Assembly (NCBI RefSeq): GCF_046262535.1
Contig: NZ_JBHEMO010000021.1
Span: 19,132 to 83,131, forward strand
Length of the DNA stretch: 64,000 nucleotides
DNA from: Jatrophihabitans sp.
Lineage (GTDB): Bacteria; Actinomycetota; Actinomycetes; Mycobacteriales; Jatrophihabitantaceae
Direction of reading: 5' to 3'
Below are positions 11,735 to 22,126 of the stretch, piece after piece. A program made the position numbers and the translations under genes. Every line of letters begins with the position of its first letter. Position 1 is the stretch's first letter. The notes beneath the pieces were generated by a model, which saw only the letters and a list, made by a program, of their open reading frames with translations, was not told the DNA's origin and ran no database searches.

Positions 11735-11794
11735 AGCGTTCTGTGCTGTTCGACGGTCTCCTGGTCCGGTTCGACCGAGCGTCAGGAGGCCTAC

Positions 11795-13534
11795 GTGAGC
11801 GGGGTTTGGTACGCAGGGATCGGTGCCGCGTTCGTCCTGGGACTCCTGTTCGTCGCGGCCTACGCGCGCCGCGGCTCGGCCTCTCCAAGCCGCCACGGCA
11901 TCCCCGCGCCCGTCCCGGACGACGCCCTCGACGAAGCGCGCCGGACCGCCCACGCCGAGGCCGTCGCCGTGCGCCAGGCTGCGCTCGCCGAGGCCGAAGG
12001 TCTCCGGCGCGCCGCGGAGGCCGAGGCCGACGCCACCCGACGGTCCGCCCGCGCGGACGCGGACGCCACCCACAGCCAGCTCGCCGCCACGCTCGCCGAG
12101 GCTAGGGAGCAGGCCGCCGAGCTGATCGCCGAAGCCCGCCGGACCGGCGCCGCGCAGGCGGCGGAACTGACCGAAGAGATCCAGCGCCAACAGGACGCCT
12201 CGGCCGCGCGCTCCGCCCGGCTCGACGAGACCGAGGCCCGCCTCGACGCCCGGGACAATCGCCTCGACCAGCGCGCCGCCGAGCTGCAGGCCCAGGCCGC
12301 CGAGCTCGCCGCGCTGAAGGACGACCTCGACCGGCGGCTGCGCCAGCTCGACGCCGACCGAGGCCGGCTCACCGCCGAGCTCGAGCAGCACCGGGCCGAG
12401 CTCGAGCGCATTGCCGGACTCAGTGCCGAAGAGGCCAAGGCCGAGCTGCTCGCCGGAGTCGAGGCGACCGCCCGCCGGGAAGCCGCCCTGCTCGTGCGGA
12501 CCATCGAGAACGAGGCCCGCGCCGAGGGCACCGAGCGGGCCCGATCGATCGTCGTCGAGGCCGTTCAGCGGGTCGCCAGCGCCCAGACGACGGAGACGGT
12601 GGTCAGCGTCCTGCATCTGCCGGCGGAGGAAATGAAGGGGAGGATCATCGGGCGGGAGGGGCGCAACATCCGCTCCTTCGAGGCGGTCACCGGCGTCAAC
12701 GTCCTCATCGACGACACCCCCGAGGCCGTCTTGCTGTCCTGCTTCGATCCCGTGCGTCGTGAGGTCGGCCGGCTCACGCTGGAGAAGCTGATCCTCGACG
12801 GACGGATCCATCCGCACCGCATCGAAGAGGCTTACGAGGAGAGCGTTGTCGAGGTCGACGAGCTGTGCCTGCGGGCCGCGCGGGACGCCGTGGCCGACGT
12901 CGGCATCGGCCCCGTGGACGAGCGCTTGATGCCCACCCTCGGCCGGCTGAAATACCGCACGAGCTATGGGCAGAACGTGCTCGGTCACCTGATCGAGACG
13001 GCCCACATCGCCGGCGTCATGGCCGCCGAACTCGGCATCGAACCCACCCTGGTCAAGCGGTGCGCGTTCCTGCACGACATCGGCAAGGCCCTGACCCACG
13101 AGGTCGAGGGCAGCCACGCGATCATCGGCGCCGAACTGCTGCGCAAGTACGGCGAGGACGAGGCCGTTGCCCACGCCGTCGAGGCGCACCACAACGAAGT
13201 CCAGCCACGCACGATCGAGGCCGTGCTGACCCAGGCGTCGGACACCTGCTCGGCGGCTCGGCCCGGCGCCCGGCGGGAGTCGCTCGAGTCCTACGTCAAG
13301 CGACTGGCCCGGATCGAGGAGATTGCCAGCACCCGGGACGGCGTCGAGAAGGTGTTCGCCATGCAGGCCGGCCGCGAGGTTCGCGTCATGGTGCAGCCGA
13401 CCGAGGTCGACGACCTGGCCTCGGCGGTGATGGCCCGCGAGATCGCCAAGCAGATCGAGGACGAGCTCACCTACCCGGGGCAGATCCGGGTGACCGTCGT
13501 GCGGGAGTCGCGCTCGACCGAGATCGCGCACTGA
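11795..13534 (+). CDS. rny: Ribonuclease Y
   Basis: N-terminal TM, coiled coil, KH ([13 protein letters not shown]), HD (LHDIGKA); AGGAGG RBS before the GTG. Confidence 0.96.
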   Translation: MSGVWYAGIGAAFVLGLLFVAAYARRGSASPSRHGIPAPVPDDALDEARRTAHAEAVAVRQAALAEAEGLRRAAEAEADATRRSARADADATHSQLAATLAEAREQAAELIAEARRTGAAQAAELTEEIQRQQDASAARSARLDETEARLDARDNRLDQRAAELQAQAAELAALKDDLDRRLRQLDADRGRLTAELEQHRAELERIAGLSAEEAKAELLAGVEATARREAALLVRTIENEARAEGTERARSIVVEAVQRVASAQTTETVVSVLHLPAEEMKGRIIGREGRNIRSFEAVTGVNVLIDDTPEAVLLSCFDPVRREVGRLTLEKLILDGRIHPHRIEEAYEESVVEVDELCLRAARDAVADVGIGPVDERLMPTLGRLKYRTSYGQNVLGHLIETAHIAGVMAAELGIEPTLVKRCAFLHDIGKALTHEVEGSHAIIGAELLRKYGEDEAVAHAVEAHHNEVQPRTIEAVLTQASDTCSAARPGARRESLESYVKRLARIEEIASTRDGVEKVFAMQAGREVRVMVQPTEVDDLASAVMAREIAKQIEDELTYPGQIRVTVVRESRSTEIAH

Positions 13535-13577
13535 GCGGCCCGGCCGGGATCGGGCGGACCGTATCCTCGACGGCGTC

Positions 13578-14996
13578 ATGACTTCCGCGCGCACGTACGA
13601 GATCCGCACCTACGGGTGCCAGATGAACGTCCACGACTCCGAGCGGCTCGCCGGGCTCTTGGAGAAGGCCGGCTACGAGCGAGCGGCAGCCGAAGCGGCT
13701 CCCGACCTCGTCGTTTTCAACACCTGCGCGGTGCGCGAGAACGCCGACAACCGCCTGTACGGCAACCTCGGCCACCTGTACCCGGCCAAGGCCGCCAACC
13801 CCGACATGCAGATCGCCGTCGGCGGCTGCCTGGCCCAGAAGGACCGCGGCCGCATCGTCGAGAAGGCGCCGTGGGTCGACGTCGTGTTCGGCACCCACAA
13901 CCTGGCCGCGCTGCCCGTCCTGCTGGAGCGGGCGCGGCACAACCAGGTCGCACAGGTCGAGATCGTGGAGGCGCTGCAGAACTTCCCGTCCGACCTGCCC
14001 ACCCGGCGTGAGTCGCCGTTCAGCGCGTGGGTGTCGGTCTCGGTCGGCTGCGACAACAGCTGCACCTTCTGCATCGTCCCGTCTCTGCGGGGTGGCGAGA
14101 CCGACCGGCGCCCGGGTGATGTGCTCGCCGAGGTCCGTGCTCTGGTCGATGCCGGCGTGGTCGAGGTGACGCTGCTCGGCCAGAACGTGAACTCCTACGG
14201 CCGTTCGTTCGGTGACCGCTACGCGTTCGGGAAGCTGCTGCGCGCGTGCGGGGAGGTCGACGGCCTCGAGCGGGTGCGTTTCACCAGCCCGCACCCCCGC
14301 GACTTCACCGACGACGTGATCGCGGCCATGGCGGAGACGCCCAACGTCATGCCGCAGTTGCACATGCCGATGCAGTCAGGGTCGGACGCGGTGCTGCGCG
14401 CCATGCGCCGCTCCTACCGCCGGGAGCGCTACCTCGGCATCATCGACGCGGTGCGGACCGCGATGCCGGACGCCGCGATAAGCACCGACATCATCGTCGG
14501 GTTCCCCGGCGAGACCGAGGACGACTTCGAGCAGACCCTGCAGGTCGTGCGGCAAGCGCGGTTCGCGAACGCGTTCACCTTCCAGTACTCGAAGCGCCCC
14601 GGCACGCCGGCCGCCGACATGACCGGCCAGATCCCCAAGGCGGTGGTGCAGGAACGCTACGACCGGTTGATCACGCTGCAGGAGCAGATTGCGTGGGACG
14701 AGGCCAAGCGGTTGATCGGGCGGCCGGTCGAGGTCCTGGTCAACGCGACGGACGGCCGCAAGGACGGGGCCACGGGGCGGGTCTCCGGCCGGGCGCGCGA
14801 CGGCCGGCTGACCCACGTCGAGGGCTCGGCCCTGCCCGGGGACATCGTCACCGCCGAGGTCACCTACGCCGCTCCGCACCACCTCGTCGCCGACGGCGGT
14901 ATCACGGCACACCGGCCGTGGCGGGGAACCGGTGAGCCGGCGCCGGCCGCTGCGGGATCGGCCGGGCTGTTGAGCATCGGTCCCCGCCCGGCCTGA
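13578..14996 (+). CDS. miaB: tRNA-i6A37 methylthiotransferase
   Basis: [25 protein letters not shown] radical-SAM motif, [11 protein letters not shown]. Confidence 0.97.
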   Translation: MTSARTYEIRTYGCQMNVHDSERLAGLLEKAGYERAAAEAAPDLVVFNTCAVRENADNRLYGNLGHLYPAKAANPDMQIAVGGCLAQKDRGRIVEKAPWVDVVFGTHNLAALPVLLERARHNQVAQVEIVEALQNFPSDLPTRRESPFSAWVSVSVGCDNSCTFCIVPSLRGGETDRRPGDVLAEVRALVDAGVVEVTLLGQNVNSYGRSFGDRYAFGKLLRACGEVDGLERVRFTSPHPRDFTDDVIAAMAETPNVMPQLHMPMQSGSDAVLRAMRRSYRRERYLGIIDAVRTAMPDAAISTDIIVGFPGETEDDFEQTLQVVRQARFANAFTFQYSKRPGTPAADMTGQIPKAVVQERYDRLITLQEQIAWDEAKRLIGRPVEVLVNATDGRKDGATGRVSGRARDGRLTHVEGSALPGDIVTAEVTYAAPHHLVADGGITAHRPWRGTGEPAPAAAGSAGLLSIGPRPA

Positions 14997-15020
14997 CCGA
15001 TCGGAGCCGTGCGACTGCGA

Positions 15021-15536
15021 TCAGTGACGGCCCGGGACGCTGCCGGCCGAGGGGGGAGCCGACGGCCGCAGCCCCGGCACGACCGCACCCGCGAGACCGC
15101 GGATGACTGCGCGCAGCAGGTCGAGGTAGTCGAAGGAGTCACGCCACAGCGTGATCTTCCCGTCGTGCACGTCGAAGCGGCCCGTCACCCAGAACTGCAT
15201 TCGCAGCCGCCCGATCGACAAGACGTCGGTCCGCTCGGTCAGCACGACCGGCCCGTTGGCGGCAATGGCATGCACGTACACCTCGAACGAGGCTCCGGGT
15301 CGGGCGAGCTGCTTCAGCACGCCGATCGTCCGGCGCCGTCCGCGGATCGGTGGCAGGCCGACGTTCACGTACGTGACCTGCTCGTCGAGCAGGGCGGCCG
15401 CTCCGGTCAGGTCCAGGCCGGCGAGGGTGGCCAGAAAGGCTTCCACAACGGCCTGCGGGTCGCTCGGCTGGACCGTGACATCGTGCAGCAGACGGGGCTT
15501 GAACGAGCCGCTCATGACCTCACTCCGTTCGGCCAT
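15021..15536 (-). CDS. Limonene-1,2-epoxide hydrolase-like (SnoaL fold) protein
   Basis: YVNVG, VVLTERTD, GKITLWRDSFD; start could instead be 15515. Confidence 0.85.
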   Translation of the reverse strand: MAERSEVMSGSFKPRLLHDVTVQPSDPQAVVEAFLATLAGLDLTGAAALLDEQVTYVNVGLPPIRGRRRTIGVLKQLARPGASFEVYVHAIAANGPVVLTERTDVLSIGRLRMQFWVTGRFDVHDGKITLWRDSFDYLDLLRAVIRGLAGAVVPGLRPSAPPSAGSVPGRH

Positions 15537-15588
15537 CCCTCATCGCTGCGCAGGCGTTGCTCATGGCTCGATGATAGGGCGCCCCCGA

Positions 15589-16773
15589 TCAGCTGGGCAG
15601 CAATGCCCGTCGTTGCGCGACATCTTCTTCGGCCTTCTTGATCCGCTCCGGATCGCCCGAGCGGCGGGCCCGGTCGAGCTTCGCCTCGGCCTCGGCCAGG
15701 CGCTCGCGCATCGCGCTCAGGAACGGGTTCGCCTCGGCGCTGCCCTGGCGCCACTCGGCGTCGACAGCGTCGCGCACCCGCTGCTCGGCGGCCCGCATCC
15801 GGTCGTCGAGACGGCGCATGGCGTCGCGCGGGACGTGCCCGATCGCGTCGTACTGGGCTTGCAGCTCCCGAAGCACGCTCTGCGCGGCCTTGGGATCGCT
15901 CACGTCGACCGCCTCGGCCCGGGCGATGATCTGTTCCTTCTGCTGCTGGTTGCCGACCTGCTCGGCGTCGCGCTCGGCGAAGGTCTCCGAGCGGCGGGCG
16001 AAGAAGGCGTCCTGGGCGGCCCGGAACCTCGTCCACAGCGCGTCCTCAGCGTCGCGTCCGGCGCGCCCCGCGGCCTTCCACTCGTTCATCAGGTCGCGCA
16101 TGGCCCCTGTCGTCTCCTTCCAGTCGGTGGAGGTCGACAGCTCCTCGGCCTTCGCGATCAGCCGTTCCTTCTGCTCCTTGACGCTGCTGCGCTCGGCGTC
16201 GAGCTGAGCGAAGTGCTGGCCCCGCCGGCGGCCGAAGGTGTCGCGGGCGGCCGCGAACTGCTTCCACAGCGCGTCGTCGGTCTTGCGGTCGATGCCCTTG
16301 ATCTGGCGCCATTCCTCGACGATCGCCCGCAGCCGATCGCCGTTCGCCTTCCAGGACGTGCCGGACTCGGCGATCGCCTCGGCCTCGGCCACCAGGGCCT
16401 TCTTGGCGGCGACGGCGTCGGCCCGCGCCTGCTCGCGGGCGGCCGCGGCGGCGCCGGCCTTCTCCTCCGCCGTCTTGAGCAGCCCATCGAGGCGCGTCTC
16501 GAGCGCGCCGAGGTCGCCGATCGCCGCGGCGGTGGGCAATTGCTCCTTCAGCGCCAGCGCATGCGCGCGGGTGCTGGCCGGGTCGCCGGCGCCGGACTCG
16601 AGCCGCTTCTCCAGCAGCTGCACCTCAGTGGCAAGGTCGTCGTAGCGCAACTGATAGAACGCGAGCCCGGCCTCGCTGTCGCCGGCCTGCCAGGACCCGA
16701 TGGCGCGCTCGCCGTCGGCGGTCCGCACGTACACGGTGCCGTCGTCGTCGATGCGTCCCCAATCAGACCCCAT
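15589..16773 (-). CDS. DUF349 domain protein
   Basis: WGRIDDDGTVYV plus repeated ..W+..G...R..+DALW..F..A.D.FF units. Confidence 0.9.
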   Translation of the reverse strand: MGSDWGRIDDDGTVYVRTADGERAIGSWQAGDSEAGLAFYQLRYDDLATEVQLLEKRLESGAGDPASTRAHALALKEQLPTAAAIGDLGALETRLDGLLKTAEEKAGAAAAAREQARADAVAAKKALVAEAEAIAESGTSWKANGDRLRAIVEEWRQIKGIDRKTDDALWKQFAAARDTFGRRRGQHFAQLDAERSSVKEQKERLIAKAEELSTSTDWKETTGAMRDLMNEWKAAGRAGRDAEDALWTRFRAAQDAFFARRSETFAERDAEQVGNQQQKEQIIARAEAVDVSDPKAAQSVLRELQAQYDAIGHVPRDAMRRLDDRMRAAEQRVRDAVDAEWRQGSAEANPFLSAMRERLAEAEAKLDRARRSGDPERIKKAEEDVAQRRALLPS

Positions 16774-16829
16774 GACACAGCATTGAACACGATCAGGTGC
16801 CGGGCAGCACGGCCGCTAGCCTGGCTCAG

Positions 16830-17516
16830 GTGATCCAGGGAGCGGTGTTCTGCCCGCATCCACCCCTCCTCATCCCACAGGTGGCGCAGGGCGCCGCGCC
16901 GGAACTTGGCGACCTGCGGGCCGCCTGCCGGACTGCGATCAGACGCGTGGCGACCGGTGCGCGGATCGTCGTTGTCGGCGCCGGACCGAGGTGGACGGCG
17001 CACGGCCCGACCGCCCGCGGGACGCTGGCCGGGTTCGGCGTGCCTCTGGAGGTCCCGCTCGGCTCGGACGCGCCGGGAGCCGTGGAACTGCCACCGTCGC
17101 TGACCGTCGGTGCGTGGTTGCTCCGTAACGCGCTCGGCCCGGACACCGGTGCCACCGGTTGGTCGGTCGGGCCCGACGACAAATGGCCCAGCCCGCTCGT
17201 CCCGGCGGACACCGGGCCGTACGTGTTGCTGGTCATGGGCGACGGCAGTGCCCGTCGCAGCACCTCCGCGCCGGGATACCTGGACGACCGGGCGGCCGGC
17301 TTCGACGCCGACGTCGCCGCTGCGCTGGCCAGTGGTGAGGGTGATCGGCTGCACCTTGATCGGAAGCTTGGCGCCGAACTCCTCGCCGACGGGGCCCGGG
17401 CCTGGGACGCCGCGGCCGGGCAGCTCGAACCGTTCGAGTTCGACGCCGAAGTGCTCTACGACGCCGCGCCGTACGGCGTCGGCTACTTCGTGGCGGCGTG
17501 GACACGGGCCGGGTGA
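16830..17516 (+). CDS. Class III extradiol dioxygenase subunit B-like protein
   Basis: FCPHPPLL, LVMGDGSA, YGVGYFVA; conserved gene upstream of miaA. Confidence 0.75.
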   Translation: MIQGAVFCPHPPLLIPQVAQGAAPELGDLRAACRTAIRRVATGARIVVVGAGPRWTAHGPTARGTLAGFGVPLEVPLGSDAPGAVELPPSLTVGAWLLRNALGPDTGATGWSVGPDDKWPSPLVPADTGPYVLLVMGDGSARRSTSAPGYLDDRAAGFDADVAAALASGEGDRLHLDRKLGAELLADGARAWDAAAGQLEPFEFDAEVLYDAAPYGVGYFVAAWTRAG

Positions 17517-18430
17517 GCGTGGCTGACAACCGGGTGATCGCCGTGGTCGGTCCGACCGCCGCCGGCAAGTCCGACCTCGCCGTCGCGCTGGCCGACCGCC
17601 TCGACGGGGAGGTCGTCAACGCCGACTCGATGCAGCTGTACGCCGGCATGGACATCGGCACGGCCAAGCTGCCGTCGGACGAACGGCGCGGGGTCGAGCA
17701 CCACCTGCTCGACATTTGGCCCATCGGCAAGTCCGCCGCCGTCGCCGAGTACCAGGTGCTGGCGCGGCTCGCCATCGCCGCGATCCAGGACCGTGGCCGC
17801 GTGCCGGTGCTCGTCGGTGGCTCCGGGCTGTACCTGCGCGGAGCGCTGGACAACCTCGACTTCCCCGGCGAGTCGCCCGAGATCCGGGCCCGGCTGTACG
17901 CCGAGCTCCAGCAACTCGGCCCGGAAACGTTGCATGCCCGCCTGGCCGAGCAGGATCCCCTGGCGGCAGCCGCCATCCTCGCCTCCAACGGCCGCCGGAT
18001 CGTTCGGGCGCTCGAGGTCATCGAGCTGACGGGGGCTCCCTTCACGGCCCGGATGCCCGCCTTCGAGTCGATCTACGACACCGTCCAGATCGGGCTCGAC
18101 CGCGACGATCTGGACGAACGGGTCGAGCTCCGGGTACACCGGATGATGGCCCTCGGCTTCCTCGGCGAGATCCGGGCATTGCTGCCGCGCGGGCTGCGGA
18201 CAAGCCCCACGGCGGGCAAGGCCCTCGGCTACGCCCAGTTGCTCGCGTGCCTGGACGACGCCGGGGACGTCGTCGGAAACGTGGACGAGGCGGTCGAGCA
18301 GACCATTCGGGGGACGCGGCGATTCGTGCGCCGGCAACGCTCGTGGTTCCGTCGCGACCCACGCGTCCATTGGCTCGACGCCGCGGATCCCCGATTGCTG
18401 GACACCGCCCTCAGTACCCTGAAGGCATGA
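17513..18430 (+). CDS. miaA: tRNA dimethylallyltransferase
   Basis: VGPTAAGKS, NADSMQLY, GGSGLY, RRQRSWF. Confidence 0.97.
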   Translation: MSVADNRVIAVVGPTAAGKSDLAVALADRLDGEVVNADSMQLYAGMDIGTAKLPSDERRGVEHHLLDIWPIGKSAAVAEYQVLARLAIAAIQDRGRVPVLVGGSGLYLRGALDNLDFPGESPEIRARLYAELQQLGPETLHARLAEQDPLAAAAILASNGRRIVRALEVIELTGAPFTARMPAFESIYDTVQIGLDRDDLDERVELRVHRMMALGFLGEIRALLPRGLRTSPTAGKALGYAQLLACLDDAGDVVGNVDEAVEQTIRGTRRFVRRQRSWFRRDPRVHWLDAADPRLLDTALSTLKA

Positions 18431-19266
18431 GGTTGCTGAAAGGGCACGGGACGGAGAACGACTTCCTCCTGCTGCCTGACCTCGACGGGGCCATCGACCT
18501 CACACCCGCCATGGTTTCGGCCCTCTGCGACCGGCACGCCGGCCTCGGCGCCGACGGTGTGTTGCGGGTGGTGCGGTCCGAGAACGACCCGGACGCCAAG
18601 GAAATGGCCGCAGATGCGCCCTTCTTCATGGACTACCGCAACGCCGACGGCAGTGCGGTCGAAATGTGCGGCAACGGTATTCGGGTATTTCTTCGATACC
18701 TAATTGCCTCCGGGCTCGTTGTATCGAATGCGGCGGTGGCGACTCGCGGCGGGATCCGACGTGTGCGGGCTCGCGGGGACGGAGACGTCATCGTGAGAAT
18801 GGGTCTGCCCCGGTTCCTTGCCGACCGGCCGGTCGCCACCGCCGCGCCTTCGCTCCCGACCCCGGCGACAGCGCTCGAGATGCCCAATCCGCACGTCGTC
18901 GTGCCGGTCGGCGGCCTCGACGAACTGGAGGCCCTCGACCTGAGCCGCCCGCCGCTCGTCGAGCCCCCGCTACCGCACGGCCAGAACGTGGAGTTCGTTG
19001 TCCGCACCGGACCGCGGAGCCTCCGGATGCGGGTGCACGAGCGCGGGGTGGGCGAGACCCGGTCGTGCGGGACCGGCATCTGCGCCGCTGCTGTTGCCGT
19101 CGCCGCCGCCGATGGCGTCGGAGCCGATGGGCAACCCTGGCGCGTGGACGTCCCTGGCGGCAGCTGCGAGGTCGTCTGGCACGCCGACGGCGAGGTCGAG
19201 CTGATCGGGCCGGCGGTCCTCGTCGCCGAGGTGGAGGTCGACGACGCCTGGCTACGGGCCCGCTAG
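18427..19266 (+). CDS. dapF: Diaminopimelate epimerase
   Basis: KGHGTENDF, EMCGNG, PNPH, ERGVGETRSCGTG; ATGA overlap with miaA. Confidence 0.95.
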   Translation: MRLLKGHGTENDFLLLPDLDGAIDLTPAMVSALCDRHAGLGADGVLRVVRSENDPDAKEMAADAPFFMDYRNADGSAVEMCGNGIRVFLRYLIASGLVVSNAAVATRGGIRRVRARGDGDVIVRMGLPRFLADRPVATAAPSLPTPATALEMPNPHVVVPVGGLDELEALDLSRPPLVEPPLPHGQNVEFVVRTGPRSLRMRVHERGVGETRSCGTGICAAAVAVAAADGVGADGQPWRVDVPGGSCEVVWHADGEVELIGPAVLVAEVEVDDAWLRAR

Positions 19267-19317
19267 CACTGATGCTCGACCGGTAAAACTTGCCCGGCAT
19301 GTCACGATGGATGTGAC

Positions 19318-20730
19318 ATGACAGATTCTGAAACCCCCTTCTCCGCCGACGAGGTCGGCACCGGCGACTACGAGCTCGAGGAACGCCAGGCGCTGCGGCG
19401 CGTGGCCGGCCTCTCGACCGAACTGCAGGACGTCACCGAGGTCGAGTACCGGCAGCTGCGCCTCGAGCGAGTGGTCCTGGTCGGCGTGTGGACGACCGGC
19501 ACTCTGGCCGAGGCCGAGAACTCGCTGGTCGAGCTCGCCCGGCTGGCCGAAACAGCGGGGTCCCTCGTCCTCGATGCCCTGATCCAGCGCCGCGACCGCC
19601 CCGACCCGGCCACCTACATCGGCTCGGGCAAGGCCAAGGAGCTGCGCGACATCGTCGAGGCGCACGGCGCTGACACCGTCATCTGCGACGGTGAGCTGAC
19701 GCCCGGCCAGCTCCGCCAGCTCGAGGGCGTGACGAAGGTCAAGGTGGTCGACCGCACCGCGTTGATCCTCGACATTTTCGCCCAGCACGCCAGCTCCAAA
19801 GAGGGCAAGGCGCAGGTCGAACTGGCCCAGATGCAGTACCTGCTGCCCCGCCTGCGCGGTTGGGGCGAGTCGCTGTCGCGCCAGGTCGGTGGCCGGGCCG
19901 CCGGCGGTCTCGGCATCGGCGGCCGCGGGCCGGGTGAGACGAAGATCGAGATCGATCGCCGCCGGATCAACACGCGGATGGCCAAGTTGCGTCGCGAGCT
20001 GGCCGCGATGAAGACCGCGCGCGACGTCAAGCGGGCCCAGCGCTTTGCGAACGAGGTGCCGAGCGTGGTGCTGGCCGGCTACACGAATGCCGGGAAGTCC
20101 TCGCTGCTGAACCGGCTGACCGATGCCGGCGTGCTGGTCGAGAACGCCTTGTTCGCCACCCTCGATCCGACGGTGCGCCGCTGCCGGGCCCAGGACGGCC
20201 GCGAGTACACGATCGCCGACACCGTGGGCTTCGTCCGGCACCTGCCGACCCAACTCATCGAGGCCTTCCGCTCGACCTTGGAAGAGGTCGCCGAGGCCGC
20301 GCTGATCCTGCACGTGGTCGACGCGTCCGATGCCGATCCCGAGGCGCAGATCCGCGCGGTTCGCGAGGTGCTCAGCGACATCGACGCGCTGGGGGTGCCG
20401 GAACTCCTGGTGTTCAACAAGGTCGATGCCGCCGAGTCGGAGATGCTGCTTCGCCTGCGCGCCCTGGCTCCGGGCGCCATGTTCGTCTCCGCCCGGACCG
20501 GGCGGGGGATCGACGAGTTGCGCTCGCAGGTCGAGTCCCGGCTGCCGCGGCCGAACATCGAGATCACCGCCCTGCTGCCGTACACGCGCGGCGACCTGGT
20601 GGCGCGACTGCATGACGAGGCCGATCAGTTGCAGGTCGAACACACCGAAGGCGGGACGCTCGTCCACGCCCTCGTCGGGCCTACGCTGGCGGATCTGCTG
20701 CGGCCGTTCGCGTCGGCGCCGGTGCCGTAA
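19318..20730 (+). CDS. hflX: GTPase HflX
   Basis: LILDIFAQHA, GYTNAGKS, LFATLDPT, DTVGF, NKVD. Confidence 0.97.
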   Translation: MTDSETPFSADEVGTGDYELEERQALRRVAGLSTELQDVTEVEYRQLRLERVVLVGVWTTGTLAEAENSLVELARLAETAGSLVLDALIQRRDRPDPATYIGSGKAKELRDIVEAHGADTVICDGELTPGQLRQLEGVTKVKVVDRTALILDIFAQHASSKEGKAQVELAQMQYLLPRLRGWGESLSRQVGGRAAGGLGIGGRGPGETKIEIDRRRINTRMAKLRRELAAMKTARDVKRAQRFANEVPSVVLAGYTNAGKSSLLNRLTDAGVLVENALFATLDPTVRRCRAQDGREYTIADTVGFVRHLPTQLIEAFRSTLEEVAEAALILHVVDASDADPEAQIRAVREVLSDIDALGVPELLVFNKVDAAESEMLLRLRALAPGAMFVSARTGRGIDELRSQVESRLPRPNIEITALLPYTRGDLVARLHDEADQLQVEHTEGGTLVHALVGPTLADLLRPFASAPVP

Positions 20731-20800
20731 GAGCCGCGTCGGGGAGGCTCCTGGCGTAGGCTGAAATCGGTCACACTGCGCGGCGACGGGAGATTCGACG

Positions 20801-21103
20801 ATGGGTTGGGACGCCCCCTGGCACTGGGTCGTTGTCGCGATCCTGGTGATCCTGCTGTTCGGCTACAAGAAGTTGCCCGACGCCTCGCGGTCCCTCGGCC
20901 GGTCACTGCGCATCTTCAAGACCGAGATCAAGGGCATGGGCGAGGACGACAAGGCGCGTAGCAAAGCGCAGGACGCCGACGAACCCGCTCAGCCGAAGGC
21001 GTTGCCGCCCGCCGAGATCGTCAAGAACGACGTTCCCACGGCGCGGCCACGCCCCACTCCGAGTCCCAATGGTCGCGCGGAGACTCCCGCCAAGGCGGAG
21101 TGA
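20801..21103 (+). CDS. tatA: Twin-arginine translocase subunit TatA/E
   Basis: [28 protein letters not shown]; TAGGCT -10 upstream. Confidence 0.92.
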   Translation: MGWDAPWHWVVVAILVILLFGYKKLPDASRSLGRSLRIFKTEIKGMGEDDKARSKAQDADEPAQPKALPPAEIVKNDVPTARPRPTPSPNGRAETPAKAE

Positions 21104-21116
21104 GCGCGCTCGCCGC

Positions 21117-21902
21117 TCAGATCTTGCGCAGGACCGACACGACTCGACCGAGGATGGTCGCGTCGTTGCCGTCGATCGGTGCGAACGCCGGGTTGTGTGG
21201 CAGCAGCCAGGCCTGCCCGTCCTTGCGCTGGAGCGTCTTCACGGTCGCCTCGCCGTCGATCATCGCCGCCACGATGTCGCCGTTCTCGGCGTCCTGCTGC
21301 TGACGCACGACGACCCAGTCGCCATCGGCGATGGCAGCATCGATCATCGACTCGCCGACCACCTTGACCATGAACAGCGTGCCCTCGCCGACGAGCGCCT
21401 TCGGCAGCGGGAAAACGTCCTCGATCATCTGCTCGGCCAGGATCGGGCCACCGGCCGCGATCCGGCCCACGACCGGGACGAAGACCGGGGCGTCACTGCG
21501 GGGGGCGTCGTCGCTGACGGCCAGCGCCCGCCGAGCCGCCTTGGGCACCGGCTGGTTGGGGTCGTGCGGCTTGCTCGAGCCGGTGCGTACGTCGACCGCC
21601 CGCGGGCGGTTCGGATCGCGGCGTAGATAGCCCTTGCGCTCGAGCATGGACAGCTGGTGCGCCACGCTCGACGTGCTCGCCAGCCCGGCCGACTCGCAGA
21701 TCTCGCGGATGCTCGGTGGGTATCCGCGTCGCTCGACCGAGTTCCGGATGACGTCGAGGATGGCCTGCTGGCGGCGGGTGAGCCCGGTGACCGGGTCGGG
21801 CAGCTCGGTGACCTTCGGCCGGCCAGGGCCCCGCCGTTCGGCGGTGCTCTCAGCTGTCGTGCGGGTCGAACCAGCTCTGCGGCCGGCGCTGTCCTTCGGC
21901 AC
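21117..21902 (-). CDS. lexA: SOS repressor LexA
   Basis: [18 protein letters not shown] cleavage site, GESM and TVK catalytic dyad; start estimated. Confidence 0.96.
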   Translation of the reverse strand: MPKDSAGRRAGSTRTTAESTAERRGPGRPKVTELPDPVTGLTRRQQAILDVIRNSVERRGYPPSIREICESAGLASTSSVAHQLSMLERKGYLRRDPNRPRAVDVRTGSSKPHDPNQPVPKAARRALAVSDDAPRSDAPVFVPVVGRIAAGGPILAEQMIEDVFPLPKALVGEGTLFMVKVVGESMIDAAIADGDWVVVRQQQDAENGDIVAAMIDGEATVKTLQRKDGQAWLLPHNPAFAPIDGNDATILGRVVSVLRKI

Positions 21903-22003
21903 GAGGGCCTCCGATCGTGTGTGAAAACGGATGTTCCGCCGGTGTCCGGCCCCGAGGGGACGGCCGCCGATCTCTGGAAACGTAGCCCGATCCGCGCGCC
22001 AAC

Positions 22004-22019
22004 TCAAACATTTGTTCGA
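22004..22019. promoter_or_regulatory. LexA box (lexA side)
   Basis: TCAAAC-ATTT-GTTCGA. Confidence 0.8.
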
Positions 22020-22044
22020 ACGACACGCCGCCACGGATGGTTTT

Positions 22045-22066
22045 TGTCAGACCCCGCTGGTAGACA
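22045..22066 (+). promoter_or_regulatory. Imperfect PafBC-like promoter for the LysM gene
   Basis: TGTCAG-N10-TAGACA; last base of the -10 mismatched. Confidence 0.4.
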
Positions 22067-22067
22067 T

Positions 22068-22099
22068 TCGAATAGACGTTCTACCGAACGGACGTTCGA
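22068..22099. promoter_or_regulatory. Two tandem LexA boxes upstream of the LysM gene
   Basis: TCGAAT-AGAC-GTTCTA and CCGAAC-GGAC-GTTCGA. Confidence 0.75.
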
Positions 22100-22126
22100 A
22101 CAGTCTAGCGGAAAGAAGGGGTTCTC

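Noticed and set aside
11592-11798. 68-codon ORF ending in a GTGA overlap with the rny start
   Set aside because: No suitably spaced RBS, atypical codon usage, and it coincides with the structured-RNA candidate; not called as a CDS
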